IMG/VR virus record: IMGVR_UViG_3300045988_043685
Length of the DNA: 38,192 nt
Origin: a virus
Strand: one strand, 5' to 3'
The notes under the pieces: model-generated
The model's input: only the letters and a program-made list of their open reading frames with translations
Told to the model about the DNA's origin: nothing
Database searches by the model: none
Shown here: positions 31,794 through 38,192 of the stretch, one piece after another
Position numbering within the stretch: position 1 is the stretch's first letter
How the letters are laid out: the number at the start of each line of letters is the position of its first letter
Program-made: the position numbers and the translations under genes

Positions 31794-32491
31794 TGCCTAT
31801 AGGGATCACGTTTAATGACGAAAAGCATTCTTACCGAGATTTCGGGCTACGTATTATTTCGGTCAATATAGGCCTTCCGGAAGTGAAAAAGAGCCTTATT
31901 GACATACCGGGCGCCGATGGTTACGTTGATATGACGGACTATTTCGGAACCCGGTATGAGAACCGGAAAATAAAGGTGGAATGTGATTTTGAGGATAAGG
32001 GATATAGTAACTGGGCCGCGAGAATCAGTGATATCAGTAATTACCTTCATGGTAAGCCTGTGAAGTTGATTTTCGATTTTGATGAGGGATATTACTATGA
32101 CGGCCGGGGAACATGCGAATATGAAAAGAATAATCGCAGATACGGTAAGATTACACTTACGTTTGACTGCAAGCCGTATAAACTGGACCTGCTTGCATCG
32201 GATGAGGATTGGCTATGGGACCCGTTCGATTTCGAGACCGGAGTCATCCGGGAGTATGGAAACATAGCGGTAAATGGTACATATGATCTTGTAGTTGACG
32301 GAAGCCCTATGCCTGTTATCCCTAAAATAGAGTGTTCCGCAGCCATGAAAGTGATATTTGAAGGCGTTGAATATGACTTAAGCGCCGGAGTAAATTATAT
32401 CACTGACATTTTGATTGGAAGTGGAGAATATAGAATGCAGTTTTCCGGGAACGGGACTGTGACGGTAATATACCGTGGAGGTAGCTTATAA
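31793..32491 (+). CDS. Distal tail protein (Dit, Sipho_tail family)
   Basis: Directly after the TMP gene. The N-terminus ..ITFNDEKHSYRDFGL.. is typical. Confidence 0.75.
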   Translation: MPIGITFNDEKHSYRDFGLRIISVNIGLPEVKKSLIDIPGADGYVDMTDYFGTRYENRKIKVECDFEDKGYSNWAARISDISNYLHGKPVKLIFDFDEGYYYDGRGTCEYEKNNRRYGKITLTFDCKPYKLDLLASDEDWLWDPFDFETGVIREYGNIAVNGTYDLVVDGSPMPVIPKIECSAAMKVIFEGVEYDLSAGVNYITDILIGSGEYRMQFSGNGTVTVIYRGGSL

Positions 32492-34485
32492 TGTATCTGA
32501 TACAGAATATCGTAGACGGTCATATATACCACATACATGACCAAAAAAGTGATGTTTTAAGAGTGCTGGAGCCACGCCTTGTATTAACCATTAATAAGAC
32601 GGGGCAATTAGAATTTATGATCCCCCCAACGCATGAGTATTATAATACGATTAAGAAACTGAAATCTATTATACGAGTGATTGAAGACGGGGAGATACTT
32701 TATGAGGGCCGCGCTATATCGGACGAGGCAGACTTTTACAACGTGAAAAAGATTGTGTGTGAGGGAAGCATGGGGTACTTGATTGACAGTATCCAACGCC
32801 CATTTTCCCATACTGGTAATATCCGTGATTTCCTGGCCTACCTGATTGATAACCATAATCGTCAGGTGGAGGAAAGAAAACAGTTCTTGCTTGGAACCGT
32901 GAATGTGATCGATGATGAATCCAACATTAAGCGGGAAAGCACAAAACTGGAAAACACATGGAACACGGTTAATACCTATCTGATAAGCAAGTATGGGGGC
33001 TGCCTGTACGTGGAGTATAAGGATGGTAAGAAGTATCTTAATTACACCTATGACCATGGCGGATACAATGAGCAGAAGATACGTTTCGGAGTGAATCTGC
33101 TTGATCTGACGAAATACCAAGACGCAACGCAAATCGCTACGCGGTTAATACCTTATGGCGCGGAAGTGGAGTACCAAGACGAGAACGGGGAAGTGCAGAC
33201 AAAAACCGTTGATATCACGTCTGTGAATGACGGAAGCGATTATATTACGGCAGATCAGAGCGTGGTTGATGAATATGGAATCATAACAGTCACCTATCAA
33301 TGGGCTGATGTAACGGAGCCTTCCGTACTACTTGAAAAGGCGAAAGCACTGATTAAGGAACTGACCAACATACCGGATACACTAACCGTTAAGGCTCTTG
33401 ATCTTAATTATGCGGGGGTAGATATCCGTAGGTTTAAGGTTGGCCGGTGGACAACCGCGGAGAGCAAGCCCCACGGGGTTAAGAAAGATATGCTGCTTGC
33501 GAGGCTTGACCTATATCTTGACGATCCGAAAAAAGGGAGTATATCCCTTGGATCAACCGTAAAGACATTCACAGCTGCAAATGTAAGTAAGCAGGTGGAA
33601 CTATCAAATTCCATAAAGAAGGTAGGGGAATCTGCCTCGAGCGAGATCAGGCGTAAGGTGGAGAATGCCACCTCATTGATTACTGGCGGACTTGGTGGGT
33701 ATGTGGTTCTGGACGTCGAGGACCCCGTTACCGGTAAGAAAATCCACCCATGGCGAATCCTGGTGATGAACACGCCGGATAAGAACACGGCTACCCATGT
33801 GATTCAGCTTAATCAGAACGGCCTTGGCTTTTCTACAACCGGCATAAATGGACCATACCGGAATGCCTGGACGATTGATGGTAATCTTGTGGCTGATTTC
33901 ATAACATCCGGTACGATGCTGGCGGACAGAATTCGCGGCGGCATTCTCGAGGTGGGCGGCGCTGGCCTGGCGAAAGATGGGAGCATTACCGTTAAGAATG
34001 CACAGGGCGAGGTGATCGGTACATGGGATAAGACCGGCTTGCATGTGCTTCTTGGCATTATTGAGGGTAGTACCATCAAAGGATCATCAATTATAGGCGG
34101 CAGGATTAATATCGGTAATGGTACATTTGAGGTGGACAGCGACGGATCAGTGATTATAAATTCTGGTGAGATCAATATAGGGAATGTGCTGATTACTGAA
34201 AATTATGCATGGATTAATGGGTTTGGCATTTCTGACATGACTATATATAGTAAAGATGCAGGTAATTCTATTGTATTATCTACTCAAGAATTTGATGGAA
34301 CAGGGCCAGCACTTGAATTAAAAAGAGATGGAATGATAACCCGTGTTGGTTATAGTGGTATTGTCACAGGAGATATAATTTTCGATGATCCTTGGACGGA
34401 AAATATGTCTGCACTAGATATGTTTAAGGATTTGTATGGCAGAGTAAGAGATTTGAGGGATAGAATAGATGGATTGGAGGGTTGA
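32491..34485 (+). CDS. Tail-associated lysin-position protein (Tal / prophage tail endopeptidase-like N-terminus)
   Basis: 664 aa after Dit. The last ~110 codons are visibly more AT-rich than the rest. Confidence 0.7.
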   Translation: MYLIQNIVDGHIYHIHDQKSDVLRVLEPRLVLTINKTGQLEFMIPPTHEYYNTIKKLKSIIRVIEDGEILYEGRAISDEADFYNVKKIVCEGSMGYLIDSIQRPFSHTGNIRDFLAYLIDNHNRQVEERKQFLLGTVNVIDDESNIKRESTKLENTWNTVNTYLISKYGGCLYVEYKDGKKYLNYTYDHGGYNEQKIRFGVNLLDLTKYQDATQIATRLIPYGAEVEYQDENGEVQTKTVDITSVNDGSDYITADQSVVDEYGIITVTYQWADVTEPSVLLEKAKALIKELTNIPDTLTVKALDLNYAGVDIRRFKVGRWTTAESKPHGVKKDMLLARLDLYLDDPKKGSISLGSTVKTFTAANVSKQVELSNSIKKVGESASSEIRRKVENATSLITGGLGGYVVLDVEDPVTGKKIHPWRILVMNTPDKNTATHVIQLNQNGLGFSTTGINGPYRNAWTIDGNLVADFITSGTMLADRIRGGILEVGGAGLAKDGSITVKNAQGEVIGTWDKTGLHVLLGIIEGSTIKGSSIIGGRINIGNGTFEVDSDGSVIINSGEINIGNVLITENYAWINGFGISDMTIYSKDAGNSIVLSTQEFDGTGPALELKRDGMITRVGYSGIVTGDIIFDDPWTENMSALDMFKDLYGRVRDLRDRIDGLEG

Positions 34486-34524
34486 ACCGAAGGTATATAG
34501 ATGATATAATATAGTCAGAAAGGG

Positions 34525-35082
34525 GTGAAATATAAAATGTTTAAAAAAATGTCTTTACTGACTATTGTTTTAACATTTAGTTTGCTTTTTGGTTCGTTTG
34601 CTATGGCTGATGTAGTTAATGGTGATTTCATACGTAAATCTCCGCTGAATGAAGAGGAAAATTCATCATATGAATGGACGTGGCTTAATGACGAGCATTG
34701 TGTACAGTTTACAACTAAGGATGATAAACTAAAGAGAGAACATATTGAGAGAAAATTCAATATGGGACTGCTTCCACAGTGGGCGGTAAATGGGGATGAT
34801 GGAACCGGTGTTGTAAAAAAGAGGGACACATATTCTGGGAAGTGGACTCAGAGCGAAAAAGGAATATGGTCATTCGAGTTTGATGATAAGACCATCCCGC
34901 TGGGAGTAACGAAAATAGATGATGTTTTATACGCCTTTAATGGATATGGAGAATTAATGGAGGGCTACGAATATTACGATGGCCTGACAACCGGAGCTGA
35001 TGGAGTAGTCAACTCAGACAATCCCGAATTTCTGGCATGGCTGGATACTCAGTACGTGCCGGCGTGCACAAGCCATGAATAA
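34525..35082 (+). CDS. Secreted protein moron with a cell-wall-binding-repeat-like C-terminus
   Basis: Signal peptide KKMSLLTIVLTFSLLFGSFAMA|DV and ..VLYAFNGYGELMEGYEYYDG... AT-rich, with its own SD and terminator. Confidence 0.7.
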   Translation: MKYKMFKKMSLLTIVLTFSLLFGSFAMADVVNGDFIRKSPLNEEENSSYEWTWLNDEHCVQFTTKDDKLKREHIERKFNMGLLPQWAVNGDDGTGVVKKRDTYSGKWTQSEKGIWSFEFDDKTIPLGVTKIDDVLYAFNGYGELMEGYEYYDGLTTGADGVVNSDNPEFLAWLDTQYVPACTSHE

Positions 35083-35093
35083 TAAAAATTACA

Positions 35094-35126
35094 GAGAGCG
35101 AGGATAATTTCCCCGCTCTTTTTCTG
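35094..35126 (+). terminator. Terminator after the moron
   Basis: AGAGCG...CGCTCT stem followed by TTTTTCT. Confidence 0.6.
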
Positions 35127-35130
35127 TGTC

Positions 35131-35185
35131 AAGTAAATTGTCACGTTTGTCACACCCAAATGTGCTACAATTTAAAATAGGAAAA
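35131..35185 (+). promoter_or_regulatory. Late promoter, copy 2 (55-nt repeat)
   Basis: AAGTAAATTGTCACGTTTGTCACACCCAAATGTGCTACAATTTAAAATAGGAAAA. It differs from copy 1 (17655..17709) at 4 positions. The -10 is TACAAT at 35166..35171. Confidence 0.65.
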
Positions 35186-35192
35186 CCAGCAA

Positions 35193-35222
35193 AAGAGCGC
35201 TTGAAAATAGGCGTTCTTTTTT
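35193..35222 (+). terminator. Leader terminator behind late promoter copy 2
   Basis: AAGAGCGC-ttgaaaatag-GCGTTCTT (one G-U pair) followed by TTTTTT. It lies 25 nt before ATG 35247. Confidence 0.55.
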
Positions 35223-35246
35223 GCATGCCTGAAAGGAAGTGAAGAC

Positions 35247-35792
35247 ATGGCAGATATAAGTAAGGAGATACAAGATTTCAGAATCGCACGAAAAGGTAAG
35301 GACGTACGAAATTCCATGATATCCTTAGCTGAAAAGGTAAATAAGGATGGAGAAGATGCTATTGCAAACGTAGCGGCTCAGGTTGTTAAAATTAACGGTG
35401 CAATTACTACGGCGAATAATGCTGTAACCAATGCTAACGCTGCCACAGCAAGAGCGAACGAAGCGCTAAATCATGCTGACGATATTCTTGACAGTGCCAC
35501 AGATCAGGCAACAAACTCCACCAGAAGCGCCACAACCGCAAAGAGCTGGGCGGTCGGAGGTACTGGAAGCAGAGAGGGAGAGAATACCAATAACAGTGAG
35601 TATTACAGCAGACAGGCCGGGACCCATGCGAATAATGCTAAAAATGACGCAGACAGAGCCGCGCAGTATTCACAGATTATAGCACCTGGTTTTTATTTTG
35701 ATCCAGAAACATCAACCCTGTATATGAAGGCTGGTATTGGTGTTGATTTTAAGGTTGTTGATTCTATCCTGTATTGGAAAATAACGGCATAA
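35247..35792 (+). CDS. Tail fibre/baseplate-associated structural protein
   Basis: The N-terminus ..ARKGKDVRNSMISLAEKVN.. and an Ala/Asn-rich coiled region fit fibre proteins. The C-terminal YFDPETSTLY module is shared with 37446..37658. Confidence 0.65.
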   Translation: MADISKEIQDFRIARKGKDVRNSMISLAEKVNKDGEDAIANVAAQVVKINGAITTANNAVTNANAATARANEALNHADDILDSATDQATNSTRSATTAKSWAVGGTGSREGENTNNSEYYSRQAGTHANNAKNDADRAAQYSQIIAPGFYFDPETSTLYMKAGIGVDFKVVDSILYWKITA

Positions 35793-35811
35793 GGAGGGAG
35801 TGAATCGAAAG

Positions 35812-36285
35812 ATGATTGTAGCAAAATTCTCGGGCTACTGTACTACATCTGCATACGGGCTTACACAGTGGGATTATGGTCAGGAACTTGCGATTTAATG
35901 CGCTGAACTTGAGATTCCTGACGACACGGAAATCAATTACTATCAGGGGAAGCTGTCCAGTATTGCATATCTGAAAAGCAATCATGCAATGATTCCCGAT
36001 ATTATGCTCCAGAATCCGGAGGAGATTATCGCGTATGTATATGTGAGGTCGGCGGCAAGCGGTGAGACAATCCTGTCTATTAAAATGACTGTAGATAGCA
36101 GACCGCAGCCGGACAACTATGTATTACCAGAGTATAAGGATTACAGCCGGTTACTTCCAAAGGGAGGGGAATCCGGTCAGACCTTAGTGAAAGCAAGTGA
36201 AAACGATTATGATACGGAGTGGGCCACAATGGAATCTAATCTTGAGCCATTAACCGACGAAGAGATCGATAATATTTGTGTATGA
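35812..36285 (+). pseudogene. Tail-cluster ORF interrupted by one in-frame TAA (35896..35898)
   Basis: ATG 35812 behind AAGGAGGGAG gives MIVAKFSGYCTTSAYGLTQWDYGQELAI*. The same frame continues CAELEIPDDTEINYYQ... to 36285. The tracker ATG at 35989 has no SD. Confidence 0.6.
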
Positions 36286-36298
36286 GAGGAGTATAAAA

Positions 36299-37432
36299 AT
36301 GGGAAAACGTGTAACCGCTGAAAATATAGCAAGACTCTGGATCAATATGAAAAACCATGTAAAAGATGGTTATGTTGCTAAGGTATCTGGAAAAGGATTA
36401 TCTACAGAGGATTATACAACTGCGGAGAAACAAAAACTGAATGAACTGCATAACACGACTGTAGACAGCGCATTATCCAGTTCATCCACAAATCCGGTAC
36501 AAAATAAGGTTGTTAATACAGCTTTAAGCGGAAAGGTACCGACGACGCGCAAGGTTAATAATAAGGCACTGTCAGCAGATATAACGCTTGCGGCTGGAGA
36601 CGTTGGTGCAATTCCATCGGCACAGAAGGGAGTAGCTGGAGGCGTGGCAGAATTAGACGATTCCGGCCATGTTCCGGCGGCTCAGTTGCCATCTTATGTG
36701 GATGATGTAATCGATTCATATATTGTAACTGGAGCTACAGCGTTTTCATCAGGGTGGTTGTCACTTACTTCAGAAGGGGCGGCGCTGACTCCGGAAAGCG
36801 GAAAGATTTATATTGTGCTGACCACTGGAAATTACAACATGAGAGAATACCGGTGGAGTGGTACAGCGTATGCGCAAGTCAATGAGGGGATCGCGTTAGG
36901 TGAGACGGCCAGTACTGCTTTCCGTGGAGATCGTGGGAAAACTGCATATGACCACAGCCAGACAGCTCACGCTCCAGCAAATGCAGAACAGAATGTACAG
37001 TCTGACTGGAATGTGACGGATACTGCATCCGACGCATTTGTTAAAAATAAACCTACGTCGATGCCCGCAAACGGTGGTAATGCGGCAACGGTTGGAGGGC
37101 ATACAGTTGAGAAAGATGTGCCAGCAAATGCAGTATTTACAGATACGAAACCCATTGTCATGAAGGGCGCGACCGCCTCAGCCGCTGGTGCCGCTGGCTA
37201 TGTTCCTGCTCCGCCAGCAGGATCACAGACAAAGTTTTTGAGGGCTGACGGAACATATCAAACACCCGCTAATACAACTTATTCCGCATTTAAAGGCGCT
37301 ACAGCATCCGCAGCTGGCGGAACTGGATTAGTCCCGGCTCCTGCATCTGGAAAGCAAGATGCGGTATTATGTGCGGACGGAACGTGGGCGGACCCGATGA
37401 CTGATGCAGAGATAGACGCAATATGCGTATAA
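36299..37432 (+). CDS. Tail fibre protein
   Basis: ATG 36299 behind GAGAGGAG. It has the GKGLSTEDYTTAEKQKL fibre motif and repeated A(G/T)G(Y/L)VPAP... segments. It ends TDAEIDAICV. Confidence 0.8.
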   Translation: MGKRVTAENIARLWINMKNHVKDGYVAKVSGKGLSTEDYTTAEKQKLNELHNTTVDSALSSSSTNPVQNKVVNTALSGKVPTTRKVNNKALSADITLAAGDVGAIPSAQKGVAGGVAELDDSGHVPAAQLPSYVDDVIDSYIVTGATAFSSGWLSLTSEGAALTPESGKIYIVLTTGNYNMREYRWSGTAYAQVNEGIALGETASTAFRGDRGKTAYDHSQTAHAPANAEQNVQSDWNVTDTASDAFVKNKPTSMPANGGNAATVGGHTVEKDVPANAVFTDTKPIVMKGATASAAGAAGYVPAPPAGSQTKFLRADGTYQTPANTTYSAFKGATASAAGGTGLVPAPASGKQDAVLCADGTWADPMTDAEIDAICV

Positions 37433-37445
37433 TGGGGGTGCCCCT

Positions 37446-37658
37446 ATGCAAAAGCCTTTAACAGCGCGGGGAGTATCCCGGCTATGGGAAAATATTAAAA
37501 CGTATATTACAGAAAATACGTATCCACGAGGTGATCCGCCGGACCTGTATTTTGATCCAGAAACATCAACATTATATATAGGAAAGCCGAATGTGTTGTA
37601 CGATTTTGTAGTTTCGGATGGAAGATTATATTACAAAGACAGAGGAGGTAATACTTAA
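37446..37658 (+). CDS. Small fibre-associated protein (70 aa)
   Basis: The N-terminus ARGVSRLWENIKTYI parallels AENIARLWINMKNHV of the preceding gene. It contains LYFDPETSTLY. Confidence 0.6.
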   Translation: MQKPLTARGVSRLWENIKTYITENTYPRGDPPDLYFDPETSTLYIGKPNVLYDFVVSDGRLYYKDRGGNT

Positions 37659-38192
37659 ATGGCAGCACCAGCAGGATATACAGAGTTAGGGCGCATAGGT
37701 TTCGTAGATCGCGGTACGTATGCGTCAGGTACCACATATCGAATAGGTGATGTGGTATACTACAACGGGAGTACATGGAGTGCTCTTAAAGATAATTTAC
37801 AAGGCGTAACACCAGCCGCAGGCGCGAACTGGAAATATATGGCGAGAGGATTCGCCGCTGAGGCGCTTTCCGCGATTACTGCAAATGATACGAGCGGAGT
37901 ACTGGGGACCGCAGGAGCAAGTGTGACATCTCAGGAACTAATTGACGCGATCGCCGATAAGGTCATGACAAAACTCATTGAGAAAAGTAAGATCGTAAAT
38001 AATCTTCTTGCGACGGACGCCACAACCGTATTAAGCGGTCCGATGGGGAAGTCCCTCGATGAAAAGATTACTAAGTTAAATAGTGATTTAGGTGATGTAA
38101 AAACCGATATTAGCCTCCAGCCAGTAACAGGCATCGATATCCTAACGCTTACCACAGGACGTTACTATGCAACTAATTGTACAAATTTACCC
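37659..38192 (+). CDS. Tail fibre / receptor-binding protein, N-terminal part (continues at base 1)
   Basis: ATG behind GAGGAGG. It has the YRIGDVVYYNGSTWSALKDN carbohydrate-binding-like motif common at fibre N-termini. No stop before the window end. Confidence 0.8.
   Translation, partial: MAAPAGYTELGRIGFVDRGTYASGTTYRIGDVVYYNGSTWSALKDNLQGVTPAAGANWKYMARGFAAEALSAITANDTSGVLGTAGASVTSQELIDAIADKVMTKLIEKSKIVNNLLATDATTVLSGPMGKSLDEKITKLNSDLGDVKTDISLQPVTGIDILTLTTGRYYATNCTNLP
38078..38094. repeat. Left inverted repeat (IRL) of the putative tail-fibre inverton, inside the fibre gene
   Basis: AAATAGTGATTTAGGTG encodes (L)NSDLG in the fibre frame. Its inverted partner is at 715..731. Confidence 0.85.
38130..38192. 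repeat. 63-nt terminal direct repeat (copy 2)
   Basis: Identical to 1..63 by direct comparison. Confidence 0.95.

Noticed and set aside
38078-38094. Gin/Hin/Cin-type serine-invertase crossover site
   Set aside because: The repeat does not resemble the 26-bp gix/hix consensus (TTATCAAAAACC half-sites). No serine recombinase or enhancer-containing gene is present, so the invertase identity remains unknown.

Overview
The window is a complete, circularly permuted temperate siphovirus genome. Bases 1..63 are identical to 38130..38192, giving a unit length of about 38,129 bp. The host is probably a low-GC Gram-positive (Clostridia-like) bacterium, judging from GGAGG Shine-Dalgarno (SD) sites, Cheo-type GAAC-N4-GTTC SOS boxes, a cell-wall-binding-repeat endolysin and a phage-encoded Prp protease.

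Gene order on the + strand:
- Tail-fibre C-terminus (wraps from the window end), then holin and endolysin.
- A visibly AT-rich accessory operon on the minus strand (2767..4929).
- attP carrying the 3' part of tRNA-Gly(GCC), flanked by arm repeats, with a tyrosine integrase.
- An SOS-box promoter, a small ORF, and the CI/early genetic switch.
- An early/replication module: Xis-like HTH, ERF recombinase, HNH proteins, replisome organiser and a stand-alone LexA DNA-binding domain.
- A second XerC/D-like tyrosine recombinase and a late regulator.
- A late promoter, then TerS, TerL, portal, MuF-like protein, Prp, scaffold, major capsid protein, connectors, major tail protein, chaperones, tape measure protein (TMP), Dit and Tal.
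- A secreted moron, a second copy of the late promoter, and the tail-fibre cluster.

Most notable observations:
1. A roughly 780-bp invertible segment is bounded by 17-nt in-frame inverted repeats. It would swap the receptor-binding C-terminus of the last tail-fibre gene. No adjacent invertase is present; an orphan tyrosine recombinase lies elsewhere in the genome.
2. A consensus promoter bracketed by two LexA boxes points at a 52-aa ORF that converges on a CI lacking a protease domain. The phage also encodes a LexA DNA-binding-domain-only protein.
3. The AT-rich 5-gene operon has a perfect promoter with a palindromic operator and an acr/aca-like layout.
4. A duplicated activator-type late promoter is followed in each copy by a leader terminator.
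5. There are tRNA-like elements, a Prp cleavage motif on three structural proteins, and an in-frame TAA in a tail gene.

All functional calls rest on motif recognition by eye. No database search was run.
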